Notes: generated by a model not told the origin, from the sequence alone. A DNA stretch of 64,000 nucleotides from Desulfurococcaceae archaeon (GCA_038888155.1 JAWAJB010000001.1:320001-384000), one strand, 5' to 3'; positions 10,201 to 18,779 are shown, counted from the stretch's first letter. Numbers and translations are program-made.

Positions 10201-10396
10201 CATCGGCGTGCGACTTAAGGATGCTCTTGGGTAGCAAGTTAACTGCGTCGCGCTCAAGGTACTTATCGAGGAGCCACGCAAAGAATCCGCTTGGCCCCTG
10301 ATATCTATTAGCGTTCTCGTTAACGTCTAGGCGGTTCCAACCAGCGTAATCAACTAACGGGTCCCTGTAGTCAGATTGCTCTGAGCCTTCCTGCAA
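7298..10396 (-). CDS. nrdD: Class III anaerobic ribonucleoside-triphosphate reductase containing an intein (about 632 aa after splicing)
   Basis: PYCTGH, QPFTFPIPT, spliced YAM|CCRL, VPGESA, Zn motif CNSC..CPSC and glycyl-radical loop SRIIGYY. Confidence 0.95.
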   Translation of the reverse strand: MQEGSEQSDYRDPLVDYAGWNRLDVNENANRYQGPSGFFAWLLDKYLERDAVNLLPKSILKSHADGLIYVHKLPHSVYIPYCTGHSISRLLKKGLRTITIVSRPARHFDTLVDHIANFLITMQHYFTGAQALSSVEWYTGPFIRKDKPSYKQIKQQIQRLLYNLNYPTRIGLQTPFSNFTVTMNAPRKMLEGDQAVYGGEEAGPLGDYEGEAKVFFKALTELYYEGDSVGQPFTFPIPTLMATAKWLWDDPEIHEAVFKTAAKRGSFYWLNTRIVDPDATYAMCLHEKELVVFRHGGTVSATTIGNLFKNYAGQLEAKERDGAEWYSARGDVEALAYSPETGKVAWRKIKRFLAKSCRRAVRISLADGRTFVVTHDHPLLIRGESMLEPRLIMASELLELKIRGSDNKLQPLQVPVALAEMLTSNAYLEIGGAKGGVSATLDEGLGYLIGYSAGLNLREELLQSSPSGKRAPEEAVRERHFTSGLYSPVNSVGPENTGYLYGYELVVGCPLSTREGSNWGGEPYIEPAGGALADLLYSSCVRPLFNEKRIPWFIWSSPPSVRRQFIRGLLDSIGQYREGQWELCIKSEELAQDLLLLASLSGVDAQFKRCEGGTIKLLLNFVDKELDNGVEALARGYRNTADVVWVDISSVEELEFQEDELFVDLELEEDHYFVHSGGVVTHNCCRLSIQKSEMIYAYMNSKLSLSSLRKDAEELKEEFWKAIERQRFGGIWAMPDVTGSVNIVDVNLPRLALESKREEHLFWEKYSEILMLVKEGVDWFRNRYIYIMKNYPNFYAMIQEYMPEFPSTHFNTIGLIGLPEAVAILMGDPNLWLDGPRRNWLRAADLMRRIVEYATNAARKWMTEEGIPWNVEEVPGESAGPKLAMLDLKKYPELAEYLPEPENPVYASSVAPYYAPMELPDRVEVEQRVQRYFTGGVMMHIFLGEEADPESLSSLTKKLIQTDLIYWSYTPAITHCNSCDRTFTGVYTACPSCSSNNVDIWSRIIGYYRPLRNWNPQRRKEFWTRKHYNFNL
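8348..9547 (-). mobile_element. 400-aa intein with a degenerate LAGLIDADG endonuclease domain in nrdD
   Basis: Block A CLHEKELV, block B VVTHDHPLL, block F/G FVDLELEEDHYFVHSGGVVTHN|C; remnant endonuclease blocks GYLIGYSAG, FIRGLLDSIG and SEELAQDLLLL. Confidence 0.95.
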
Positions 10397-10465
10397 GTAA
10401 ATCCCCTTTACACTACTTCTAAATTGCTTCTTTTAAAAGCATCGCCGTAAGTTTCGCAAGCGTAG

Positions 10466-11167
10466 TTAGAGTTCAAGTATTCCGAGGGCTCTTTCAGCAG
10501 ATGCTATAGTCCTTGAAACTACAACAAATGTAGTTAAGGGCTCCCTGTAAATAGAGTAGCAGTAATCGGCTTGTTCAGCTGTTTTCTCGCTGAAGTCGCC
10601 GTGCGGGAATGCCCCAATGCCAACTGCTAGCTCATCCCTCACTGCCTGCTTAACTACATCGTGAACCGGCTTGTACTCGCAGATCTCGCGTAGAAGTATT
10701 AAGCCTCTAGCGCCTATTGCCTCCACGAGGCGCTTGAGCTCGATTGATTTCAAGTACATTAGCGGCTTGCTCCCTACTGGGGGAACCCTGCCGTGCTGAA
10801 ACAGCTGTTCAATTAATCCTATAAACCTGTTGTAGTTCTTTGTTATCCTCGTCCGTGGATCTACAAATATGCAGTGCCCCCCTAAGGTGTGGACAGCTAC
10901 CCTTAGGAGGCTGTTCTTGTTTAATGGGCTCTCGAGGGCCTCGAGTAGGCTTACGTGTACGATGTCGGGCCTGCCTCTCTTCTCCGCGCCCTGAAGGCTT
11001 TTCATTGCGTGGTAGTGCACGCTGATGTCTAGTAATATCTCGTTGGGCTTCTTTTTGCGCCTCTTAGCTGCCTTCAGCACAGAAGGATGAGTAGCGATCT
11101 CGGGAGGAACTAGCTCGAGAGACGCCTCTAGCAACAATAGCGTGAGCTGTTGCATTGAATAACCCAC
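10466..11167 (-). CDS. nep1: 16S rRNA pseudouridine N1-methyltransferase Nep1/EMG1
   Basis: LLDISVHYHAM, RGRPDIVHVSLL, NYNRFIGLIEQL and GAFPHGDF; the start may be ATG 11155. Confidence 0.93.
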   Translation of the reverse strand: MGYSMQQLTLLLLEASLELVPPEIATHPSVLKAAKRRKKKPNEILLDISVHYHAMKSLQGAEKRGRPDIVHVSLLEALESPLNKNSLLRVAVHTLGGHCIFVDPRTRITKNYNRFIGLIEQLFQHGRVPPVGSKPLMYLKSIELKRLVEAIGARGLILLREICEYKPVHDVVKQAVRDELAVGIGAFPHGDFSEKTAEQADYCYSIYREPLTTFVVVSRTIASAERALGILEL

Positions 11168-11232
11168 TTGTTTATGGCATATCTTATCAACGTATTATAC
11201 CCCTCTTTAAGTTATAGTTTTACTGATTTACC

Positions 11233-11586
11233 ATGAAGAAGGGCAGGGCCAAGCTGAGAGCAATAGCCTTAGAGAGAGTGCGCGTTCTATTAGATGCAGC
11301 TGTTTGTAGAGCTAGAGGGGGAGACTTAGACTTAGCTAGAAGGTACGTTCAAGTCGCTTTAAGGATTGCCGGCAAGGCTAAGCTGAAGCTCCCTAAAAGC
11401 ATTAAAAGGGGCTATTGCAGAAAGTGTTTTGTGCCATTGATACCCGGGCTAACGCTTAGCGTGAGGATTCGCAGCGTTGGAAGGGGGTCTAGGGTTGTAT
11501 ACAGGTGTCTTCTTTGCGGTTGGACGAGAAGGTTCATGATAAAGGCTTCAAGGAGAGAGTCAAGGAGAGAGTTGCCGGCAAAGTAG
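11233..11586 (+). CDS. rnp4: RNase P protein subunit Rpp21/Rnp4
   Basis: IALERVRVL, LARRYV and Zn ribbon CRKC...CLLCG. Confidence 0.92.
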   Translation: MKKGRAKLRAIALERVRVLLDAAVCRARGGDLDLARRYVQVALRIAGKAKLKLPKSIKRGYCRKCFVPLIPGLTLSVRIRSVGRGSRVVYRCLLCGWTRRFMIKASRRESRRELPAK

Positions 11587-11804
11587 ACATGCAACTGGGT
11601 AAAAGCGGCATTACTGCGGGTTTCCTCAGGGAGCTCGAGGCCAGGCTTAAAAGGGGAGGAGTTGTTAAAGTCAAGGTGCTGAAGTCCTTTAGAAGAGCGA
11701 CTTGGGAGAGCATTGATCGCGTCGCTGAGGAGCTCGCGGGAAGAACTAGCTCCCGCATATACGAGATAAGGGGCTTTACAATCACGCTTATAAAGGAAAA
11801 ATAA
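11505..11804 (+). CDS. YhbY/CRM-domain RNA-binding protein
   Basis: QLGKSGIT, VVKVKVLKS and IRGFTITL; conserved position between rnp4 and rps19e; start probably TTG 11514. Confidence 0.82.
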   Translation: MSSLRLDEKVHDKGFKERVKERVAGKVDMQLGKSGITAGFLRELEARLKRGGVVKVKVLKSFRRATWESIDRVAEELAGRTSSRIYEIRGFTITLIKEK

Positions 11805-11852
11805 GCTAAAATCACAGGCGAGGGGAAAAGGCATAGAAATTGGTGTCTCAGC

Positions 11853-12353
11853 ATGGTAACAGCGTTAGATGTACCAGTAGAGGTGTTTATCCCGAAGCTA
11901 GCTACTTACATTAAGGACAATATACCAGAGGTTAAGCCGCCTGTTTGGAGCTTATTTGTTAAAACTGGCTGCTTTAAGGAGAAGCCTCCATCCGACCCAG
12001 AGTGGTGGTATTACAGGGCTGCAAGCGTACTTAGGAAGCTCTACAAGGCGAAAGATCCAGTCGGCCTATCAGAGCTGAGAAGAGATTACGGGGGCAGGAA
12101 GAGGAGAGGCGTAAGGCCGAGCAGGACGCGTAGGGCGCCTGGGAACACCGTGAGGAGGATACTCCATCAGTTAGAGCAAGCTCAACTGGTGAGGAAAACA
12201 AGAGATGGAAGAGTTTTAACCCCTCAAGGGCGGGCGCTTCTCGATAGGATAGCGTTTGAGGTGCTCGTGGACATCGCCAAGGAGAGGCCCGAGTTCGCAA
12301 AATACCTACCTCAGTCAGTAAAGCTTAAGCTGAGTCAAAGTGGTGCTCCATGA
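11853..12353 (+). CDS. rps19e: 30S ribosomal protein S19e
   Basis: [24 protein letters not shown] and YGGRKRRG. Confidence 0.96.
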   Translation: MVTALDVPVEVFIPKLATYIKDNIPEVKPPVWSLFVKTGCFKEKPPSDPEWWYYRAASVLRKLYKAKDPVGLSELRRDYGGRKRRGVRPSRTRRAPGNTVRRILHQLEQAQLVRKTRDGRVLTPQGRALLDRIAFEVLVDIAKERPEFAKYLPQSVKLKLSQSGAP

Positions 12354-12685
12354 GCGATGAGTACTCTGGCTACGACGAAGAGCTCGAAAACATTAGAATG
12401 CGCAAGCTAGCGGAGATGAGAAAGAAGATTGAAGAGGAGAAAGAGAGGAGAGCTAGGATAGAGGCTACGCTGAGGCAGATACTGACTCCAGAGGCTCGGG
12501 AGAGGCTTTACAATCTCAGGCTAGTTAAACCCGAGCTGGCTACTGCCCTTGAGGAGCAGTTAATTCTTTTGGCTCAGAGCGGTAAGGTGCACATCCCAAT
12601 AACAGATGAGTTTTTAAAGAAAATCCTACTAGATCTATATGCTCAGAGCAGTCGAGAGACAAAGATAACTTTCAAGAGGAAGTAG
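12350..12685 (+). CDS. PDCD5-like DNA-binding protein
   Basis: [12 protein letters not shown] and [22 protein letters not shown]. Confidence 0.92.
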   Translation: MSDEYSGYDEELENIRMRKLAEMRKKIEEEKERRARIEATLRQILTPEARERLYNLRLVKPELATALEEQLILLAQSGKVHIPITDEFLKKILLDLYAQSSRETKITFKRK

Positions 12686-12695
12686 GGTGATTTTA

Positions 12696-12854
12696 TTGGC
12701 AAGGTTCAAGCACGTCGCTAGGAAAATTAGATTGGCGGCTGCCCACAACAGCAATAAGCCCGTGCCAGTTTGGGTTACTATGAAGACAAGGCTGAGAGTT
12801 AGAAGGCCCTTTAGGTTGAGGCACTGGAGAAGAGTTAAGTTGAAGAACATTTAG
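12696..12854 (+). CDS. rpl39e: 50S ribosomal protein L39e (52 aa, not in ORF track)
   Basis: Manual translation from TTG, 5 nt after a GGTGA RBS: MARFKHVARKIRLAAAHNSNKPVPVWVTMKTRLRVRRPFRLRHWRRVKLKNI. Confidence 0.95.
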   Translation: MARFKHVARKIRLAAAHNSNKPVPVWVTMKTRLRVRRPFRLRHWRRVKLKNI

Positions 12855-12871
12855 CGTTGAGGTGAGCGTGG

Positions 12872-13171
12872 TTGAGCGAAAAGAAAAGCCTAGAGAGCGT
12901 TCTCGCGGTAATTCCGCTTAAGAGAGTGTACTTTGGCCGCAGAGCGAATCGCGCTGACAGAGCTGTCAGGTTAGTGAGGAAATACGTGCACAGGCACTAC
13001 AAGGAGGCAGAGAGAGTAGTCGTAGACCCTTCATTAAACAAGTACATATGGTCTCGCGGCAGGATAAAACCGCCTAGAAGAGTTCTAGTTAAAATACTGC
13101 TAGATAGGGAATCTAAAGTAGCGCGAGTGCTATTAGCGAGGTCTAGGGGGCAGAAAGCCGCCAAATCCTAG
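12872..13171 (+). CDS. rpl31e: 50S ribosomal protein L31e
   Basis: RANRADRAVRLVR and LNKYIWSRGRIKPPRRV. Confidence 0.95.
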   Translation: MSEKKSLESVLAVIPLKRVYFGRRANRADRAVRLVRKYVHRHYKEAERVVVDPSLNKYIWSRGRIKPPRRVLVKILLDRESKVARVLLARSRGQKAAKS

Positions 13172-13183
13172 TAGGGGTAATCA

Positions 13184-13876
13184 ATGGTCGATATAATAAG
13201 AATGAGCTTTTTCGGAAACTCGAACATAGGTATATACGCGTATGCAAATGACAAAGTGCTTCTCATCCCGCCGGGCTTAAAGGAAGTAGACGTGCGCGAA
13301 ATGGCAAGCGCGCTTGGCGTTGAGCCAATTGAGGCAAAGGTGGCGGGAACTACCTTAAATGGAGTTTTCATAGCTGGCAACAACAGAGCTATTATATTAC
13401 CGCACATTATCTTCCAAGACGAGCTAATGCGCTTAAGGAGCGCAATAAGCGAGAGGGGAGTAGACGTCGAGATCATTGTCTCTGAGAGCAAGTTAACTGC
13501 GCTCGGCAACGTCTTGCTGTGCAATGATCGCGGCTGTATTGGAAGCCCCCTAATCGAGGAGCCAACGCTGAGGAGAATTGAGGACTCCCTTGGAGTTGAA
13601 GTAGTTAAGGCTAGGTTAGTTAACATGGAGGTACCGGGCGGCGTATCAGTTATATCAAACAGGGGCGGAGTTATTCATCCCGACGCGAGCGAAGATGATA
13701 TAAGGGTCCTCAAAGATGTCACTAAGGTAAGCGTAGAGCCGGCTACCGTCAACGCAGGTATACCGTTCGTTAAAAGCGGGATTATTGCAAATAATAAAGG
13801 CGTGGTTGTTGGTGGTATAACTACGGGCCCGGAGATATTTCGAATTAAGGCAGGATTCGAGGGTGGTGGAGTATGA
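13184..13876 (+). CDS. eif6: Translation initiation factor aIF-6
   Basis: GNSNIGIY, TALGNVLLCND and TVNAGIPFVKSGIIANNKGVVVG..TTGPE. Confidence 0.95.
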   Translation: MVDIIRMSFFGNSNIGIYAYANDKVLLIPPGLKEVDVREMASALGVEPIEAKVAGTTLNGVFIAGNNRAIILPHIIFQDELMRLRSAISERGVDVEIIVSESKLTALGNVLLCNDRGCIGSPLIEEPTLRRIEDSLGVEVVKARLVNMEVPGGVSVISNRGGVIHPDASEDDIRVLKDVTKVSVEPATVNAGIPFVKSGIIANNKGVVVGGITTGPEIFRIKAGFEGGGV

Positions 13877-14136
13877 GCGGGGAAGTTAAGATCTACAGGA
13901 TTACAGGTTACATGTTAGTAAACCACGATAGGCTCCCTACGTGGTTGAAGTTCACCCAAGAGGTAACAGCTTTACACGAGAGGGAGGCGCTAGAGAAGAT
14001 CTACTCCATCCTAGGGAGTAGGCACAAGCTAAAAAGGTACCACATTAAAATATCCGATATTAGAACAATTAGCCCTGCAGAGGCCTCGAAGGCCAATATT
14101 TCGCACATAATGAAGTTAGAGAGGATTGTTAAATAA
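13873..14136 (+). CDS. rpl18a: 50S ribosomal protein L18a/LX
   Basis: VKIYRITG and ALEKIYSILGSRHKLKR; follows eif6. Confidence 0.92.
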   Translation: MSGEVKIYRITGYMLVNHDRLPTWLKFTQEVTALHEREALEKIYSILGSRHKLKRYHIKISDIRTISPAEASKANISHIMKLERIVK

Positions 14137-14600
14137 TGAGCTCAAGCAAACAAGAGAAGGGAGCAGGGGAGGCTATAAGCGTAGACGAGCTAGTTGCCAA
14201 GGCGGGCGAGCTAAAAGACCACATTGATACCCTTAACGCTACGCTAAACATTTACTTGAACCAATACCGAGAGATACAGCTTGCATCTGAGACCCTGAGA
14301 AACCTACCTCAAGGCAATTTACAAGGCTACCTAGTCTTGGACAGGCTTTCGAGTGCGCTGGTCCCAGCCAATATAAGCGATAGCTGGTTCAATAGCGTGC
14401 TCGTAAATCTAGGCTTAGGGTACTACGTTAAGGCAGATAGGGATAAGGCCGTTGAGGTGCTATCCAAGAGGGTCCAGGAGCTAGAGAAAGTTATTAACAC
14501 CCTTCAAGCGCAGCAAAAGGCGGCAGTAGAGCAGTACCTCAGCATCCAGCGGCTAATTAACCAAGTTATCGGGGCTCAGCAATCTAAGTCGCAAAAGTGA
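14136..14600 (+). CDS. pfdA: Prefoldin alpha subunit
   Basis: Coiled coils flank VLVNLGLGYYV; conserved position before ftsY. Confidence 0.9.
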   Translation: MSSSKQEKGAGEAISVDELVAKAGELKDHIDTLNATLNIYLNQYREIQLASETLRNLPQGNLQGYLVLDRLSSALVPANISDSWFNSVLVNLGLGYYVKADRDKAVEVLSKRVQELEKVINTLQAQQKAAVEQYLSIQRLINQVIGAQQSKSQK

Positions 14601-14607
14601 GCTTAAT

Positions 14608-15492
14608 TTGTTGCTAAAGCTAAAGGAAGCCTTTAGGAGATTTATTGACAGTGCTTCAGCTCTACTCTCTTCTAAGGAGAGGCTCCTCGACTCAGTAGAA
14701 GAGCTCAAGCTAGATCTAATTAGCAGAGATGTAGCATACGAAGTCGCGGAAGACATTGCGGCTAAGCTTAGAGACCTAATTGAGGAGGGCGCCATTAAAA
14801 ACAAGGAGAAACTAGCTGAGAGCATTCGCTCTATAATACTTGGCTACTTCAGTGAAGCTAAGCCAGTGGATATAGTTTCAGCCGCTAAAAACAGCAGGCC
14901 GTTTAAGGTAGTATTTATGGGAGTAAACGGTGTGGGCAAAACTACTAGCATAGCGAAGATGGCAGTTTACCTCAGGGGCTTTGGGCTACGACCTCTTATG
15001 ATTGCAGCTGATACCTTTAGGGCAGCTGCACAAGAGCAACTTAAAAGACACTCAGAGAGGACTTCGATCCCCGTTTTCTCTGGCAAGTATGGAGGCGACC
15101 CAGCCGCAGTAGCTTACAGCGGCGTAATGTACGGTTTATCTCGCGGCTTCGATGTGCTACTTATAGATACTGCTGGGCGCATGCACACAGACTCCGATCT
15201 CGTAGATGAACTCAAGAAAATAGTTAGAGTTGTAAAGCCCAATTTAAAAATACTAGTAGTTGATGCACTAACGGGCAATGACGCTGTAGAGCAGGCAAAG
15301 TTCTTCAGCGATGCAGTGGGAATAGATGGATTTATTGTGACCAAGCTCGACGCATACGAGGAGGGGGGCGCCCCTATTTCCTTAGTCTACATTTTTAAAA
15401 AGCCCGTGCTTTTCATAGGGACGGGGCAAGATTATAGGGATTTTAAGCCCTTTAACCCTTCTGAGTACGTAAGCGAGGTGCTCTCTATCTAG
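14608..15492 (+). CDS. ftsY: SRP receptor FtsY
   Basis: GVNGVGKTT, DTFRAAAQEQL, DTAGR and TKLD. Confidence 0.96.
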   Translation: MLLKLKEAFRRFIDSASALLSSKERLLDSVEELKLDLISRDVAYEVAEDIAAKLRDLIEEGAIKNKEKLAESIRSIILGYFSEAKPVDIVSAAKNSRPFKVVFMGVNGVGKTTSIAKMAVYLRGFGLRPLMIAADTFRAAAQEQLKRHSERTSIPVFSGKYGGDPAAVAYSGVMYGLSRGFDVLLIDTAGRMHTDSDLVDELKKIVRVVKPNLKILVVDALTGNDAVEQAKFFSDAVGIDGFIVTKLDAYEEGGAPISLVYIFKKPVLFIGTGQDYRDFKPFNPSEYVSEVLSI

Positions 15493-15508
15493 GGGCAGGT
15501 GACTGTTA

Positions 15509-15688
15509 ATGAACTTTAGGGAACTAGTTGAGTCTTGGAGGAAGATCTTGCAAATATCCTCAAAGCCGACTAGAGAGGAGTACTTAGCTATATTGAAAGT
15601 AACTTTTATAGGGCTCACCGCGATAGGAGTAGTAGCCTTTATTATAAGGATAATTTTCTACTCGCTTCTGTTTCCTTATACGGGTTGA
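15509..15688 (+). CDS. secE: Preprotein translocase SecE/Sec61-gamma (59 aa, not in ORF track)
   Basis: Manual translation MNFRELVESWRKILQISSKPTREEYLAILKVTFIGLTAIGVVAFIIRIIF...; GGTGA RBS; lies between ftsY and spt5. Confidence 0.93.
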   Translation: MNFRELVESWRKILQISSKPTREEYLAILKVTFIGLTAIGVVAFIIRIIFYSLLFPYTG

Positions 15689-15693
15689 TTTAC

Positions 15694-16173
15694 ATGGACA
15701 AGCTCCAGCCAAAGGCATCTATTTTCGCTGTAAGGACGACATCCGGTAGAGAGCTAGATGTAGCGCTAATCATTGAAAGAAGGGTCCTCGAGAAGAGGGG
15801 CAAGGGCGAAGACCTCGGCATAACTGGCATCGTGGTAGCCCCAGGTGTAAAGGGGTTTGTCTTCGTTGAGACTTTAAAGCCAGCAGAGCTGTACAAGACG
15901 TTGCAGAACATAAAGTACGCCTCTACTAGCAGGCCTCTCAAAATACCTCTACAGGATGTCCTCAACATGCTGAAACCCAAAGAAGTTGTAGAGGAAGTCG
16001 CTGTAGGAGAAGAGGTTGAGATAATGAGGGGGCCCTTTAGGGGGATGAGAGCACGCGTTGTGTCAGTTGATAAAAGCAAAAATACTCTTACAGTAAATCT
16101 ATTAGAGGCAGCTTTTTCAATACCTATAACAATATCCATCAACTATGTAAAAAAGGTAACTAGGGGTGGTTAG
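15694..16173 (+). CDS. spt5: Transcription elongation factor Spt5/NusG
   Basis: IFAVRTTSGRE, KGFVFVE and KOW motif VEIMRGPFRG. Confidence 0.95.
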   Translation: MDKLQPKASIFAVRTTSGRELDVALIIERRVLEKRGKGEDLGITGIVVAPGVKGFVFVETLKPAELYKTLQNIKYASTSRPLKIPLQDVLNMLKPKEVVEEVAVGEEVEIMRGPFRGMRARVVSVDKSKNTLTVNLLEAAFSIPITISINYVKKVTRGG

Positions 16174-16175
16174 AA

Positions 16176-16685
16176 GTGGTTAAAAAAACGCTCAGGTTTG
16201 TCATAGAGGGAGGGAAAGCTACACCTGGCCCACCTATAGGACCAGCTCTATCTCCGTATAAAGTCAATGTCGTTGACGTTGTGAACTCAATCAACAACGC
16301 CACTAAGGAGTATGCGGGGCTTTCAGTCCCAGTTGAAGTTGCAATAGATACCGACACGAGGAAATACGAAGTTAAAGTTGGTATACCCACTACAACGGCT
16401 CTACTAATGAAAGCTGCTGGGGCAAAGGAACCAACTGGTGACCCTGCGCACCAGAAAATTGGGGACACGACAATAGAGGAGGTCATAAGAGTTGCAATTA
16501 TTAAAAAAGGCCAGCTGTCGGCTAAGACTCTAAAAGAGGCAGTGAAGACTATTCTTGGTACTGCGAGGAGCATTGGCATAACTATTGAAAGCAAAGACCC
16601 CAAAGAAATTATTGAGTTAATAAATAAAGGCCATTATGACGATGTTATATCAAAGTACGAGGAGAATTGGGCAGAGGCGGGGTAA
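16176..16685 (+). CDS. rpl11: 50S ribosomal protein L11
   Basis: GGKATPGPPIGPAL and ILGTARSIGI. Confidence 0.97.
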   Translation: MVKKTLRFVIEGGKATPGPPIGPALSPYKVNVVDVVNSINNATKEYAGLSVPVEVAIDTDTRKYEVKVGIPTTTALLMKAAGAKEPTGDPAHQKIGDTTIEEVIRVAIIKKGQLSAKTLKEAVKTILGTARSIGITIESKDPKEIIELINKGHYDDVISKYEENWAEAG

Positions 16686-16689
16686 TGCT

Positions 16690-17337
16690 ATGCCTGAACT
16701 CAACAAAGAGCAACTAGCAAGCGCTTTGTCAAAAGCGGTAGAGCTCGGTAAGGGCCGAGGCTTCAAACAAAGCGTTGAGCTAGTGATAGCTCTAAAGGAT
16801 GTAGACATAAAGTCACAGCAACTTAAGATTAGGGAAACAGTTTACTTGCCGAGCGGCAGGGGAAGGGATCTAAACGTCTGCGTTGTAGGGGATGGAGATG
16901 TAGCCGAGGCCGCCAAAGAAGCTGGCGCGCATATGGTAGTGCAGAGCTCAGATCTCAAGGGGTTTGACAAGAAGAGGGCTAGAAAGATTGCGTCTGAGTG
17001 CGATTGGATCCTCGTTAGGTCAGAATTAATGGGCATAGTTGGCCGCGTCTTGGGACCAGCCCTAGGACCTAGGGGCAAAATACCAGTGCCTATTCCGCCT
17101 GGAGCCTCTATAAAAACGTTAGTGACAAGGTACAAGAATACTGTGCTAGCTAGGGTGAAGGACCAACCCATAATAATGACCGCTATTGGAACAGAGGACA
17201 TGAAGCCGGTTGACTTAGCCGAGAACGCTTACACAGTAATATCAGCAGTTGAGAGCAAGCTCCCCGCGAGGCTCGCAAATATAGGTAAAATAGTTGTGAA
17301 GACTACTATGGGCACACCCGTAGAGGTGCAACTGTAA
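16690..17337 (+). CDS. rpl1: 50S ribosomal protein L1
   Basis: RGFKQSVEL, LGPALGPRGKIP and KTTMG; start taken at ATG 16690. Confidence 0.96.
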   Translation: MPELNKEQLASALSKAVELGKGRGFKQSVELVIALKDVDIKSQQLKIRETVYLPSGRGRDLNVCVVGDGDVAEAAKEAGAHMVVQSSDLKGFDKKRARKIASECDWILVRSELMGIVGRVLGPALGPRGKIPVPIPPGASIKTLVTRYKNTVLARVKDQPIIMTAIGTEDMKPVDLAENAYTVISAVESKLPARLANIGKIVVKTTMGTPVEVQL

Positions 17338-17351
17338 GCAGGGTGATAAGT

Positions 17352-18383
17352 GTGGCCGTATTAGTTGCATCAAAGAGAGAACGCGTACCTGAGTGGAAGA
17401 AAGAGATCGTATCAGAGCTAGTTGAGTTGATCAAGAGCAGCCGCGCCGTTCTAGTAGCTGACTTAACTGGTGTTCCCACTAGGCACGTACAGATGTTGCG
17501 CAAAAAGCTCAGCAACGATGCCTATATGAGAGTTGTAAAGCCTAGGCTTGCCCTTAAGGCTTTCGAGGCGCTTGGGCTGTCAGTGGATAGCCTTGAACAG
17601 TACATGACTGGGCAGGTAATGCTGATCCTCTCCTCGAGCAAGAACTCATTTGAGCTCGCAAACGTCATTGAGAACTTTGTTACACAGGATTACTTCAGCC
17701 CGGGAGAGGTCGTAGACAAAGAGGTAGTTATACCTGAAGGCAACACTGGGATACCGGCAGGACCCGTGCTAAGCGTATTCGGCAGGTTGAAGGTCCAGAC
17801 AAAGGTTCAGGGCAACGTAATACACGTAGCTAAGGATACAACCGTAGCTAAACCGGGCGACGTCGTCTCGCAAGACTTAGCAAGCATTCTACAAAAGCTC
17901 GGCCTAGCGCTTAAAGAAACGAGGATAAAGGTAAAGTGCGCATACGAAGAGGGGTTAATTGTTCCAGGCGAGAAGTTGAAGCTCAATGTACTAGAGTACC
18001 AGGATTTAATTAAGTCCGCAGCTGTGGACGCATTTAAACTGTCCGTTGAACTAGTGATACCTGAACCTCCTGTGCTCCAGTATGTCTTAGTTAGAGCAGA
18101 GAGGCAGGCAATTGTGCTAGCTGCAGAGGCAGGGTTCATAACTCCTGAGACAGCGAAAGAAGTGTTCCAAGCTGCGCACAGCAAGGCCGTGCTTTTAGCG
18201 CTAGAGATATCCAAGAGTGCTCCAGATCTCAACCTAGGGGTGTCGACTGCAGTAATACCCCAACAACAACGAGAAGCCGAAGAGAAGAAAGGCGCAGAGA
18301 AAAAGGAAGAAGAGAAGAAGGAAGAGTCAAAGGAGCTTAGCGAGGAAGCTCTTGCAGAGGGCTTTTCATCGCTTTTCGGCTAG
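17352..18383 (+). CDS. rpl10: 50S ribosomal stalk protein L10/P0
   Basis: PEWK, EGNTGIPAGP and acidic tail ending GFSSLFG; GTG start 5 nt after GGTGA. Confidence 0.96.
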   Translation: MAVLVASKRERVPEWKKEIVSELVELIKSSRAVLVADLTGVPTRHVQMLRKKLSNDAYMRVVKPRLALKAFEALGLSVDSLEQYMTGQVMLILSSSKNSFELANVIENFVTQDYFSPGEVVDKEVVIPEGNTGIPAGPVLSVFGRLKVQTKVQGNVIHVAKDTTVAKPGDVVSQDLASILQKLGLALKETRIKVKCAYEEGLIVPGEKLKLNVLEYQDLIKSAAVDAFKLSVELVIPEPPVLQYVLVRAERQAIVLAAEAGFITPETAKEVFQAAHSKAVLLALEISKSAPDLNLGVSTAVIPQQQREAEEKKGAEKKEEEKKEESKELSEEALAEGFSSLFG

Positions 18384-18779
18384 AGAGGAGTATTTAAAAG
18401 CCCCTTATTACATCCTAACTTAGCTTAGAGGCACATGGTTCAATTTAAGGGTGATTAATATAGAGTACGTATATGCAACTCTATTGCTTTACAAGGCCGG
18501 CAAAGAGATAAACGAGGAGAACCTAAAGCACGTACTCGAAGCAGCTGGTGTAGCAGTAGATGAAATAAGAGTGAAGTCCCTTGTAGCTGCAGTTAAAAAC
18601 ATAGATATAGCTAAAGTGCTCGAACAGGTGCTAGCTGCGCCTGTTTCAGCTGCACCAGTATCTGCAGCGCCTCAACAGGCTCCTGCGCCCGCAGAGAAAA
18701 AGGAAGAAGAGAAGAAGGAAGAGTCAAAGGAGCTTAGCGAGGAAGCTCTTGCAGAGGGCTTTTCATCGCTTTTCGGCTA
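18293..18779 (+). repeat. Perfect 90-bp direct repeat (18293-18382 and 18690-18779) encoding the shared P0/P1 C-terminus
   Basis: Base-by-base comparison of the two copies shows no mismatch. Confidence 0.95.
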
